From Kondoa subrosea (taxonomy: Eukaryota), in NCBI GenBank assembly GCA_039545335.1, contig BCIN01000001.1, forward strand, positions 1,919,129 to 1,983,128: a stretch of 64,000 nt of DNA, read 5' to 3'. This document shows, piece by piece, positions 1-13,100 of this stretch. The stretch's first letter is position 1. Every line of letters starts with the position of its first letter. A model generated the notes under the pieces. It made no database searches, was not told where the DNA came from, and was given only the letters and a program-made list of their open reading frames with translations. Both the position numbers and the translations under genes were made by a program.

Positions 1-314
1 GCTTCTGCTCAGGCGTTCCATATTGAAGGTCTATCATGGTCTTGAGTAGCTCTGAACTGTTCTTTGCAGCATCGTGATCGTTTTTCCAATGATTCTGATG
101 GTATTGGCGGATTTGATCATCTTGCGCAGAAGGGTTCCAACGATGTGTAGAACCCTGAAAGTAGTGCACAACTGGGTCAGCTCGTCAAGTTCAAATGGAT
201 ACTCGTGCTTACCATGTTCTGCCAGGTTGTTTGGTTGGTAGCAACCCGAACAGAATGTGGTTGTACCGCGGAGTGAAAGTCAGGGTGGGGTTTGATGATC
301 TCTGAGTAAGGCAT
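1..314 (-). CDS. Hypothetical protein, 5' part only (runs off window start)
   Basis: ATG at 314 (MPYSEIIKPHPDFHSAVQ...), GTAAG donor near 211, CAG acceptor near 155, open frame continues to the window edge. No recognisable motif. Confidence 0.45.
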
Positions 315-699
315 AGTCTTTGCTTCGCTACAGTGATGCAACAGAAGAAGCAGTATTGCGGAGAGATGAACGAACGAATGAGATAGACTATACAGTCAGG
401 CAAGAGGCAAACAAGCTTTGAATTCGTTTTAGGGTCGAAGACACCTTCGCACGAACGTTTCTTTTGTTTTTTTGATGTATTTTAGGCAATAAGTAATCAG
501 ATTAAGTTTGAAATTCGGAAGCGGAATGGAAGATTATAAATGATGAGTATACGAATTTGCGGTCGGTACAATAGTACAGAAGACGCAGAAGACTGTAATT
601 ATGAGAGCGTCAGCGACGCAGGAAGATAGAGAGCGAACAAGAGCTGACTGACAGTTTATATGCAAAGTGATGATTCCGGACGTTGCACGCTACGTGAAA

Positions 700-1726
700 T
701 CACCAGGTTGAAACGTCGCCGTTTCCGGTATCAGAGACGTCTTTATTTTCCCAGTATCGGCCAGACACGCCATTAATGTCGTCTAGCGCAAGTCGAACTG
801 GAATTCGAGCGCCTTGTTCTGCAAGACATTGAGCCCTGATGCAAAGGACGACCATAGAAGTACCAACCTGGGGTCTTCTTGGGACTGCCGATGAGCCCTC
901 CCATGTCAGTGGCTACCCATCCTACAATGAAAGACATTTGTCAGAAATGCATGAACTAACGAAAACGCGACTAACCTGGACAACAGCAATTAATCAGATA
1001 CTCAGGATTCTGACGGGCTAGAATAGCAGTGAAGGCATTGACAGCTGCTTTGGAGATGCAATAAGGCTTCTCGATTGGCCATCCGGTTTCTTTCTCCTTG
1101 CCATTTTTGAAAGCGTCCTGCACAAGTACAGAACATCTATAAGCGACGACGCAAATGAGGAAGAAATCCGTGAATTGATTCACCTCGTATTCCTTGACCA
1201 ATTCATCGAGATCCTCCAAAGTCATGTCCGTGAAGGCTCGTTTGAATCGATCTTGAATCGGTTTGCTGTATTGATTCAGCTTACAAGCGACCGAGGACAT
1301 GTTGACGATACGACCTCCTTTGTTCAATTTTGGCAGAGCTGAGCGGCACATGTTTAATGTCCCTCTGTAATTCGTGTCTAAAACGTTCATGTAAACTTCT
1401 GTAGTTTGCTTCTGACCAATCGACTGAGCGCCAGCGTTGTTGATCTAGCTGGGGTCATCAGCCAAGCTCTTCTGCCTCGCTTACTTGAAACTAACCAGCA
1501 CATCCAGCGAATCCAGCTTCGACAGGCATTGCTTGATAGATTGGGCATCACTGATATCCAGCTTGATACTCTTGACCTGACAATCTCCTTTGCTAGCAAC
1601 TCCAACATCCTCGCCTGATCGAGAAGCGGCATACACCACTAGAGGTTGAGAGCTGTCGACAAGAGCTTTCACGATGCCGAGCCCAATTCCTCGGTTTGCG
1701 CCTGTAACTAGAATAGTTCGTGACAT
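700..1726 (-). CDS. Short-chain dehydrogenase/reductase (carbonyl reductase-like), multi-exon
   Basis: MSRTILVTGANRGIG Rossmann motif, GRIVNMSS, catalytic YxxxK (YCISK), CCPGWVATDMG. Last exon ends ...DVSTW* at 700. Confidence 0.93.
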
Positions 1727-1842
1727 TCGAGCAATAGGTAAGCAGCGTTCAGAGCGATGTGGTGGATGTAGATCAAGAGTGAGGCGAATCGCGCGTAGGT
1801 CATCAATTACGCGCGGAGATCGCTTAGTGAACACAGACAGCC

Positions 1843-2468
1843 ATGAGTGCGGCAGCGAAGCAGATCGTGAAAGAGAATGTATGGGACTACCCGAGGCCTC
1901 CGCGCCTAGAGAAGACAGCAAGGCGACTCCGGGGTGTGTGCTGCAATCCGTAATCTACTTTCTTCAGATCTGATGTCTAAGTGTCTGATGACGCAGTATT
2001 ATACGAGGGAACGGTAATTGTGGATACGCGCAATGGGTATAGAGTACTAGAAACCAGTCGTGAGCCATTTCCAAGCTATCTTGGGATTCTTATGCGGAGT
2101 CATCACCTCATTATGATCTCTCAGATCCACCTACATATTACTTTCCTCCCGAAGATGTCAAAACCGAGTTTCTCAATCGCAACGCCAAATCAAGTTTCTG
2201 CGAATGGAAAGGTGTCGCTGCTTACTTCGACTTCCAAAGCCCGGATGGAAAGACAGTCAAGAATCGATTCTTTCAGTATCCTACACCTAGTAAAAGTTTT
2301 AAACCGATTACAAACTTCTTCAGTTGCTACGCCTCGCCTTTCCAGTGTTACGTTGACGAAGAAGCCGTCCAACCTCAACCCGGCGACTTCTATTCTGGAT
2401 GGATGGATAGTTCCATAACAGGAGGTGAAAGAGGAGTTAAAGGTGGTCCAGGGACGTTGGGTTGGTGA
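1843..2468 (+). CDS. DUF427 family protein
   Basis: Spliced translation gives ENVWDYPRPP...RVLETSHPPTYYFPP...SFCEWKG...QPGDFYSGW...KGGPGTLGW*, the typical DUF427 motifs. Confidence 0.9.
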
Positions 2469-2477
2469 AGAGACGCT

Positions 2478-5142
2478 TTAGTGCGAAACATCTTCCCAAG
2501 TTGCGGCAAGTACCTTGGCTGGTACTTCATCCCAAGCTCTGCCTTTAACTTGTTGTAAATCATCCATAGTGACTGTTTTCCCGCTGAAGTAGCCAGCCGC
2601 GATCTGTAATCAGAATGTTTAGTCATCTTCTTGGAATACTTTGTTTTCGGCATACCTTCGCGTCGATTTCGACTGTTCATACCCATCAGTAGAGTACAGC
2701 CGTGTTAGTTGAAGGCATACCTCGTGAATCAGGTGGAATCAGATGCTGTGCTCGAAAATCAGCTGCAGAATCTACAATTAGGAGATTGCTCACTTCAGGA
2801 ATTTCATGTCGTTCGTCAATCGGAATGCCGCTCCTGACTATGCTATCATGCTTCATATCACTAGATAGAGCAGTAAGCATGTTTGCATGGAGTAACTTCT
2901 GTAAAGGCTTACCTCATCGAAACCATATGGTGAATGTGTTTGACACCGAGCCAGTGCAAGACATCAGGCATGAGAGCTTGGAACCGCATGTCCTTAACAC
3001 CGGCAATATCTTCTGTACGCTGGAAATAGGCTGATGCTTTATCGTCACTTCGTTTACGCTGTGATTTGGCCTATACGTGAGTGACCGAGGTCAGCACATA
3101 GTATTAGCCTACTCACCGCATTATAGACCTATTATGTTCAGTTAGCGGTGTCATAGAAGGAAAGCCGTTGTACTGACAAGGTATTTCGTGACTTCTCCGA
3201 GTGCACGACCTTCTTTACGGAAATACACTACCAAACCTACACCACCTTTCTGTGCTCCTCGAATAGCTTCCTCGATACCATAAAGAAGATCTATTGTTGA
3301 TTAGTATCTTGCGATCCCCACATGAAGAGGATACTAACAGGGTCGGCAAGCTACAAGCATGGTTCAGTTTCTTAATACCAAACACAGTGTTGCTTTGGAC
3401 TTACTACAAATATCAGAGCCAAAGACATCGGATCCGTTACTAAATAGAGTGTTAGCTTGGGAATCTAACTTTCCCAAGGGCTGTTTACCATTCGTCATGT
3501 CTGGAACCGATCGGCATCAGCTAAAATCAAGCTTGAGAACATGCCACGTACACTCTCACTGTAAAAGGACCACGGGTAAGAGCAGAAGTGAACAAGAGCT
3601 TGTTGGAACTTACCTGTAAGCTCCTTCGAAGGATCTGACAGATATTCCGGAGGACCAAAGATGTATACAGTCTAGGCAAGTAGTATGCGCTTCAGCCTAT
3701 ACAAGATGCATGCTTGAGCACTCGACATACCAGACCACCGATTGGCGGCAGGAAAACTTTGAGACTATTATTCGATCAGCGACAAATCAGCTGGCACAGA
3801 TCTGTACGTACTCAGGTCTTGTGATCAATTCAGGGTAAGATCCTCCGCTATCTTCAAACAGAGCTCGGCGAAGTAGACCTTCAGTAATACCGAAGCGTTC
3901 GGCTACTCCAGGAAGGTACCAAACAGCTGCTCTAGCATCAGTATAGGTCACCACACCGAAAGAAAAACATTTTCTTACGTTCGACAGCAGCTTTACTGAC
4001 GTTCACTTCGACTCCTAGATCTTGTTGCCCACTACCCAACCCGGTAGACAACTTAGCCGCAACGCTGTCGGTAGTGGAAGGCAAGACGATTTTTCCATCC
4101 ACTGGTATTCTACCCGCTCGAACGGCTTCGTCAATTTCAGAGACTTTGAGATGAGCTTTAGTGATAGCTATAGTAGGTCGAACATCGATGCCTTCATCGT
4201 ATTGCTTCTTAAAGATCGAAGGAGCTAAGTGGCCCCATGGATCCATCGCTACCAAAGCTTTAGGATCAGACCAAGCAGGCTGATAGGGTATGTCGAAGGC
4301 GGGTTCGGTGTTCGTGAAGTTGGGCCTGTGAAGCTGCAGAGGGAAAAGAAAGGAGAAGATGTCGGCGACAAAGAAAGTTGCTTTTGGAGAGACTCAACAT
4401 ACGTGATTGAGTTCCCCGATAGCAGTAGCTAGAGCCTTGTATGTAGCATAAGACCCATTGTAGCTAGATCAAACTGTAAGAACACGGTATGCCGATAGAG
4501 TAGATAGACGCACGTTCCGATAGCGTTTCTGAACTTGATCGAGTTCGGATGTCTAGAAGCTAGCACAACACCACGAGATTGAGGATCAGGATGTCCCCAG
4601 CTCAAAGGTAACGCTGTTCATAGAATATCTCAGTCATACAGCTCTCATGTTGTTTGTCCTGCTGTCACTCACGATTGATGCCCACTTGGCCAGGGTAAGA
4701 AGTGAGAATAATACGACCGCTGTAGGGATTAGGTTCCTTCTTCTCCTTCTCTGGTGCTTTCGGGCTACTCGCTTGTTTCCTTTGCCATTCGGCGAACCTT
4801 TCACGTCCTTCGTTGGCAGACGAGTCTATGCTCTGTCTAGGAGTGCTTCTGCCATTTGGATGCGGGGATGAGATAGGGATAGGCCGAGATCCCAGAGCAG
4901 CAGGTAAGGGAGCAGCAGGAGGCGAGACGCTCAAGGCAGCAGAGAGGGAAGAGTGCTGAGGTTGTACAAGAGGACTAGCTGGCTGTCCAAGCACTAGAGA
5001 TTCAAGCTTATCCTCTAGTTGGCGTTGATTTGACTTGAGTTCGCGAAGTTCGAGCAAGACTGAGCGGATACACTCAGACTTATTTAAGCGACATTCTGTA
5101 GCACCACTTACTGCTCTGTAACACGTTCTGATCTGCTTGCAT
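2478..5142 (-). CDS. URC1: GTP cyclohydrolase II-like uracil catabolism protein (Urc1/Urg1 family), many exons
   Basis: YSGRIILTSYPGQVGI, MDPWGH, DVRPTIAITKAHLK, MPDVLHWLG, C-terminal AAGYFSG...GRAWDEV. Low-complexity/coiled N-terminal extension starting MQADQNVLQ. Confidence 0.88.
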
Positions 5143-5283
5143 GGCTGTTATGTGCAGAAAGATACCGACAGATAAGGCAGAAACAGCCCTTTGTCCGGGG
5201 TAACGACTCCGAAGCAGACGACGTGTCTGATGTTGCCTAAGGATCATACCAGCGACAGGATACTCCAATCTTAGCGGGGCAGC

Positions 5284-6887
5284 ATGCGACCGCCAAGATG
5301 TCGAACGATTGCAGCATGGATTCCGGCATTCGTGTGCTCAAGTCTGCTAGGCTGGGCTTACATCGAGCACATCTACATCATCAGCTATCTCATATCGAGA
5401 TCTCTATACTCTAGAGCTTTGATTTCAGGGTTGGTCTAGTTACTATGCTTTGACCGCAGAAGCATCTCATGACTTTTATCAGGCTGTTGACGCATTGGCT
5501 ATGGGGCTCTGCTGTCTTCTCATTCATTGCTATCTTCCAACGTGGACCAGGCTTTGCTTCAGCCGAATTGGTAACCGAGAAGGCGCAATCTTCCGATGAC
5601 CTTGCCATAGAAGAAGAGGAAACGCATACTAGTCTGGATGAAGAGGATGACGATATGACTCTAGATCGCCTAGCGTCTCAAGCGAGTCCATTCATTGGTC
5701 TGATGTCAAGGCGACAAGAAAGGGAGATCATCAGAGAAGCTGAAGAGAGTCTTACTGTCAAATCAAATGGCGAAAGACGATTCTGTAGGAAGTGCAACAT
5801 ACCTAAGTCTGATAGACAACACCACTGCTCGGTATGCAATCGCTGTATCAAGAAAATGGATCACCATTGCGGTATCATCGGCGTGTGCATCGGTGTAAGC
5901 CAATCTTGCTTCTACTTCAAGTCCAAGCTGATGCCGTCCTATAGTGGGGAAACTATGTGAGTCACTTGAAGCTCTTTGTCAGTTTGACCTGACAACAATG
6001 GAAGAAATCTTTTTTGCTATTTCTCATCTATACATGTCTGTTCTCTATCTACTCAACATTCATTTGCGCATGGACTTTGTTCGACTTTGTTGAGAATGTG
6101 CCCGATGTACGTGGAGACCAGTGATGTTGAGCATACGCAGTGGTCTGACCGGCTGTACAGGGGTTCGAATTGGCTCCTGTTGGATTCGCCATTCTGATGA
6201 TGCTGGGAAGGTGAGCGACAATGGTAGCAACCGGAAATACTCTCAATCGTGATGCTTGATTCAGCGCTATCGGTCTGTCATGAGAACTATTTCTGTTTCT
6301 GCCTGAAGAAGCGCTTATATTCTGCATAGGCCTAGTGTTGGGCGGCTTTGCTATCTTCCATCTGTTCCTTGTCTCGCGTAACAGGTTTGTGTACCTTCCG
6401 GCCGAAACCTATTTGCTCTAATGATTTTGGAATTCACAGAACAACTATAGAAAACATTGAAAGCACCCGAGTCCGAACTTCACATGATTCTGGACAACAT
6501 CAATTGACTTCTGACCAAAGGCGTAAGCTTAGAAGAGGGGCTGTGAAATATCGTGAGTTTTCTTTCTGATAAAAAATGCGCTGTTCCCGGCGGAATCAGC
6601 TGACATGAATGTGTGATTGATCAGATATATATGATTTAGGCGTACGCAAGAACTTCGCTAGCGTATTTCAGGCGTCTTCAGTGATCGGGTGGATTCTCGT
6701 GAGTCAAATGATCTTGATTAAACACCTGTCACTCTTTGACCCTTGCTCTCTACAGCCTCTGCACCCACCAAAAGGCTCAGGTCGGACCTTTCCTGTCAAT
6801 CCCAAGAATGTTGAGAAACTCCGCCGACTGGATGAAGAAGTCAGAGGAATGCGCAGAGTGGAAGAAGAAGAAGAGCAGTATCATTGA
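5284..6887 (+). CDS. DHHC palmitoyltransferase (Pfa3-like)
   Basis: TVKSNGERRFCRKCNIPKSDRQHHCSVCNRCIKKMDHHC domain, flanking hydrophobic segments, TTIE motif, YDLG motif. Confidence 0.92.
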
Positions 6888-7421
6888 ATGTCGTTAGCAT
6901 ACATGTATATACGACATTAGCATACCTTGCATCATATATGACATACTTGACTTCACAAGTTGACGACAATAGGCTGAATGTGATCGTGTCCCTTCTTCTC
7001 AAACCGTTCCAATACCGCACGCTACACCACACGCCATAGGATACCCACACGATAAGCGCGGAAGATGACTGCGTGTCTCTGAGCCGCTCAATACCCCGTC
7101 TGTCTTGTCAGCAGACTGGTCAAGAAGCGTGACACTACTCGCAGCACTCTGAGACTCCTCGTTCTTGAGGAATCACATTCTCCTCTTGCTTCCTTCATCC
7201 TGCACTTGTCCAACACCTTGAGCTGTCCAGATGCAGTCTCCTGTTCCACTTCCTCGGTTTCGTAACCAGCCTATCAATCCTCTACTCGAAGGATGCTGGG
7301 TCTCTTCTTCTACAAGTCCTATGAGACATGCTGATCCTAATGGTTTCTGTATGTCCAAGTGCCAATCTGCGGAGCAACTAAGCTGAGACAATCATGAATA
7401 GACTTATCAATTGTCCTCGAG

Positions 7422-9913
7422 ATGGCAGCCGCAGCTCGCTTTCGAGGTGTTCAATTGAAGATCTGGCAAACCAGAGAGCTTTACAACGAAGATGTGGCTA
7501 TCGAACGCTCTTCCAGTCAAGATGATCTGTTCAAAGAAGATGTCCCAGTCAACTTTGATCAGAAACCTCTTTTGCCTCTGCAAATGCAGGTCTATTGTCA
7601 TGAATCTTCTGAAACTCTCAACTTGACTGCTGTGGGATTGGAACATGGTCCTGTGAGAAATCAGGTTGTTCTTTGGGAAGGCACATTCCATCCCAAGCCG
7701 AATGCTAATGGCGCGATTCTCTGTGGCTACTTTCACTCCTCAAGACCATATGTGGGTGTCTGTATCTAGTCATTGTTGAGTCCAGCTAACAGTTTGTGCA
7801 GTGGAAGACCCCGTCAATCGATCCTTCACCTTCCCCTGGTGATCACCTCATCACTCACTACTCCAGCCGGATTCTCAGCTCACCTGACCCGAATCGAAGA
7901 GAAATGGTTGCTTTGGCTCCTGAACTGCTCGAACGGATCTTCGAATCTGCTGTTGATCGGTCTTGCGAATGGCCAAATTGTACCATGCACACCAAACTAC
8001 AGTATGTCCATCATATGGCTCAACGCCTGCGCTGAATTCAGCTTTTCAGCATGCATCTGCTAGCCCAAGTATGCGAGCAATGGTGTGATGTAGCAAGAAG
8101 GCTACACCGAACTCGCCAGCTCTATGCTAAACGCTTGATTGAGCGAGCATCGCTTTATGAATACCGTCATGGTCTTGAATCACCGGATGACTTTACATGG
8201 GAAGAATCTGCTCAAATCTTTTCCGTCTCGGTTATTCTCGATGGTGACACAAGCAAATATTTCACCTCTGCCAGTCTAGAACTCAATCTATATGGCTCTG
8301 ACGTACCGTAAGCTAGTATCAGACCCTTTTCCAGCTACTTCTAATCGGCTTTCGCCAGTGCTACTGAAGTTGTTAGCCATTCACTTCAATTGATTGGATA
8401 CCTTTTCTGACTTTACAGCAGAGCATTCAATACATTGGAAGAGATATCACACAGTACAAGCGTCTTCAATCTCGCATCTATGTGGATCCAGAAGATCAAG
8501 AAGGCAAGCTCGAACCGCTGGGACGTCAAACTGGAGCCAACATTCCTCTCAATCTTCGTCTCGATACTTGGGATCTTTCAAGGCGAATCACAGGATATCA
8601 GATGTCTTTTGATTCTACTTGGAGTAGTCGTCAACTTTGGAAAGGTTCTTTTGATCTGACCAAATCATACTTTCTTGGCTACTTTAAAAGTTCTAGTCCT
8701 CTACAGTAAGCTCGCTGCCACTATGCGCCTCTTCTGAGCTGATATCTTTTGATAGATTCGATCGTGACCCAAATGGCGAACTGAATCATTTTACTGCTCG
8801 TGTCAGTATACCTAGTAAACGCAAACCCGGAAATAAGAACCTGCCTCCGATTATTCTGGAAGAGATCTTCAAGATGTGCAACACAAGCTCGGAAGATGGG
8901 GTTGGTCTGGCTTGGCAAGCTATCGGTGGAATTACTGCTTCACCTACCTGGTCTCAGGAATTAAAGACTTTTGCTGGCGTTTGCAAAGACTGGGCAACGG
9001 TCGCCGCCAGGTTGCATAGGTTCGAGAAACTGCTAGGACAGGTCAATGGGTATACACATGCTTCTTGGCGAGTTGACTCACGCGCGGAGCAGCCTAAAGG
9101 CTAATTCGTTCTTATTAGCTATCTCTTCAACAATACTGTCTCTGAACCCAATCATATTTTTGCCGTCTCCGTGATCTTCGAAGGAACTGCAGCAAAGAGT
9201 TTCTCAGGCAGTACTCTTACACTTTGTGTGCCAAGATCTTCTCCGCTCGTCGTGAGTTTTAATCCTTTGTTTCTTCAATATCTTACGCCTGCCATAGGAT
9301 GTCGAATACCTGGGCGATCACTATCGAAATGGCACGATCGAAGAAAGTGAAGAAGAATTCGCTGCTGGAACAGCCGTTCAAAATCAGACCTTGTGTCCCC
9401 TTTCTTTGTGCTTATGGCCTGCTTCTGGCGATGTCGACTCCTACCAAGTCACTATTCGCAATTATCCAGACAGTCGAAAATTATGCAAGAAGACTAAATG
9501 TAAGCTTCATTCGCTTGCATATTAAGAGATGCTAACGACAAGATTATAGATCTCCAGAGCAATTCCAATCGGCTCTTCTTTGGCTATTTCAGAAGCAATA
9601 GACCCTTTGCAGGTTCCGCCTCCAATGCTATTCCTTCTCAGTGAGTCTCTCCCTGAAAACATATCCTCGAGCTGATCCTGTTATCAGCATTATCCGTATC
9701 GCCTTGCCTGAGCCTCGAAGAAAACGCTTCTCTCCTCTTCCAGACCGAGTTCTCTCGCGTATCGCAGAAGCTGTCACTGAACTGAGCGACACGACGAAAA
9801 GAACTGATTCCTGGCGCGAGAACTTGGTCGCCATGTCACTCATCAACAGGAAGTTCAGAAAAGCTTCTCTTGCGCGGTTGGCAGAGCTAGAACCTAGCGA
9901 ATCTTCCCTATAA
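7422..9913 (+). CDS. Protein with three tandem [beta-rich domain + F-box-like] units; true start may lie upstream (~7064)
   Basis: Three GYF(H/K/R)S(S/N)xP motifs, each followed by an F-box-like segment: LAPELLERIF..VCEQWCDVARRLHR; LPPIILEEIF..VCKDWATVAARLHR; LPDRVLSRIA..SLINRKFRKAS. Confidence 0.7.
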
Positions 9914-10108
9914 GACAGATTCTGGTTTGTATATTTATGCATGTTTCCTCATCTTTGTAATCGTTCTGTAATACTCTTCTTGTATGCGTAGATCGCACAA
10001 TTGTAAATGCATGCTCTTCACTGGTGGATTTGAACAACATTAATTCTGCTGTAGCCTTCAAACAGTGACTTGCTATTTCAGATACCCGACTTGTTTGTGG
10101 ACTGAGTT

Positions 10109-13100
10109 ATGGATCTTGACGATCCAGCTACACCTCAAGAGGACATTCAAGAGCCTGTCGTTTCGACAGGGATTGAGGCAACTACTGAAATTGAAGAAGT
10201 CGAAGAAACAGACGAACTAGCTCCAAGCCCTGCTCCTGCTCTGCCTCTAGCTACTCAATCTGAATCAAGAGTAGCTACACCGAAATTGGATGAGCCTGAA
10301 TGGCAGGGAATTCAAGATCAAGTTGATATTTCCGTTGAAGAGCCTACGAAGTCAGATGCTGATTATGCTGCTTTGCAAGATGTCGTTATCAGTCAGTGAA
10401 ACTTATCAATCATTCTGACTGTCCCCCTTTCCTTATACAGTTGTGTTTATGTAGAATTGCAAGAAGATGCCGAGCAAGCTGAATTACAGCATGATGAAGC
10501 TCTGCATGATCTGAACAACAGAGTCGCAGAACTTGAGCAAGCTTTAGCGTCCAGTCAAGAATCAGCAGCTGCCTCAGCGGAGCGCGAAACTAGTCTGCAA
10601 GCTGAAAACGCGAGCTTGAAATCTGAAATCGATCAACTCAAATCTGCATCCCAAGGATCTATTTCCAAAGAAGATCTGGATCGTACTACTCTTGCGCAAA
10701 GCGAAAAGGAGAAGAGAGAATTGCTTAGCGTTGTTGAGAGGTTGGAAGCTGACAAGACTCAACTTGATGGTACGTCTAACCTAACATGGATTGACTTCAG
10801 CTCATCCTGTAGAATAGATACACTTCAAGGTCTGAGAACAACTCATTCAGCTACCTTAGCTTCTCTGCGACAACTCGAATCTTCTCTTACTACTTCATCC
10901 GATTCTGAAAGATCAGCTCGTCTACGTTTGCAAAGTATCGAATCCGAATTGGCCATTGTCATCAAAGATCGGGATTGGCACAAGAACGAATTGGAAGAAA
11001 GAGAAACGCAGTCTAAATCTTATCGAGCGGAAAAACATGCTCAAATAGTCAAACTACAGAACTCGCTCGAAACTGCTCAAAGAGAAGCTGAAACTTCTTC
11101 TAGTGCTCTCTCAAACTTACGTGTGGCTCATACTTCTCTTGAATCGAGGTTGAGCGAATCTTTAGCGAAATCTTCAGATTTGGCAGCTAAACTTGCTGAA
11201 GCTGAGATCGGCTTCAGAGACGATTTGGCTGCTCAGAAGAAATTGTGCTCTTTGTTGGAAGATCGTGATGCGAAAGCTAGCAAGAGATTGGATCAAGTTG
11301 AGCAGGAATGGAAAGAAGCTCGAGATGAGATCGAACAACGTGAAAGGTCTTTTGCAGAAGAGCTGGAGAAAGAGAAAGAAAGAGCAGATAGTCTTGAAAG
11401 TCGATTGCAAGAAGCGAGAGAATTGGCTGAGAGGCGTGCTATGGGAGTTGAAGAAGATGCGGAAATGCAAGTCGCTCTCTCTTCAGCTGGAACACCTGGA
11501 CCATCCTCTTCTGGTTTATCTGGTCTTCTGTCAACACCTAATGCCAACATGTCTTACACTAATGGTCGAACCTCCGCTATGGCTCTTTCACCTGCTGCCA
11601 GTCTCGCTACGAAGTTCCAGAAATCTGGTCGCTCTCATACTGAAGTTTATGCCGATTATGTTCGCATCCAGAACGAGCTAGCTATAGAGAAAGCAGAAGT
11701 CAAACGCTTGGGCGAATGTTTGAGCAGTATTCTTGCAGATATAGAAGATCGAGTCAGTCTTTATCTTTTACTTGGAGGTCTTGCATCATCCTAATGATCA
11801 AATTTAGGCTCCTCTCTTCCGTGAACAGAGAGCCGAATATGAGCGTGCAACAGCGGAGAATGCTGCTCTAGCTGGTCAATTAGCGCAAGTCATGGAAGAT
11901 CGCGATGGAGCAGAACGTCGTGCCATCAGCTCAAATCTGGACATTGATAACCTCAAACGCGAAAACACTACCCTTTCTCAGCAATTGCGTGATCTAGGTC
12001 GACAATCTCGAGAACTAGTACGAGAAATTGCGATGCGTGATGATCCCTCGATACAGGATCGCTCAATGGACGAACCTGATTTCGAAGACGAGATGGCAAC
12101 TTTAGCAGCTATCAACAATGTTTCGGACACGGATGCTGTCATCGATGCAAACCTAGTCACTTTCCGTTCTGTTTCTGAACTTCAAGCTCAGAATCAAAAA
12201 CTACTTCGAATCACTCGTGATCTTGGCCGTAAAATGGAAGAACAAGATCTCAATCTTCGCGAACGAATAGAACGAACAGAAAACGAAGCTGTTAACGAAG
12301 CGCATCAAGTCATTTTACGCTTACGAGAAGAATTGGAGAACGGTCGAAAGCAACTGGAAGGCGCTACTCGCGAGAGAGAAATGCTACGAAAGCTTCTAGC
12401 CCAAGCCTCACCTCAACGAAACACTCACTCTAATGGTTATTCTGATCCCTCTGCTTCTGATTCGGAAGCTTTGAGTGATCTTCGACGAATGCTAGCTGAT
12501 CAACAGGCCAATCACGAAGCATATCGAACCGAGATGACAACCGATCTCAACCGATTAAATGATGATCTTAAGACAGCTCAGACCGATGGGCGGAACTGGG
12601 AAGTTCAAGCGGCTAGAGCTAGTGCTCAAATTGATGGCCTAAGAGGTAAGCAGAACGACATTCTCCTGTATCAGTGAATCATTTCTGTTCGTAGATCGAC
12701 TTCAACTGGCGAATGATACAATAGATGGCAAGAGTAGAGAATCAGTTGAGCTCAATAAGACTATTGAAAGACTACAGAGCGCACTAGCTCGTCAAGACGA
12801 TGCTGTGTACCAAGTCAACGAGCAAGTGATGTCTCTTCGAAGCGAACGCGACCGTTTTAAGAACGATATTCGCAACCTGACCTCGGAGCGAGAAGTTTGG
12901 AAGGTGAAGCTTGTTCGAAGATTACTGATGGGGTTGCTGAATTGTGCCGTCAACAGAATACCGAAGCACGGCTGACTGCAGAAAACACCTCACTCGGCAC
13001 AGAACGCTCGCAACTGTCTGATCTCATGCGGAATCTGCAGACTATGCAGCATGAGATTGAGAGAGCATCTGGCGAAGCTCGGACTCGCTTGGAAGAGCAA

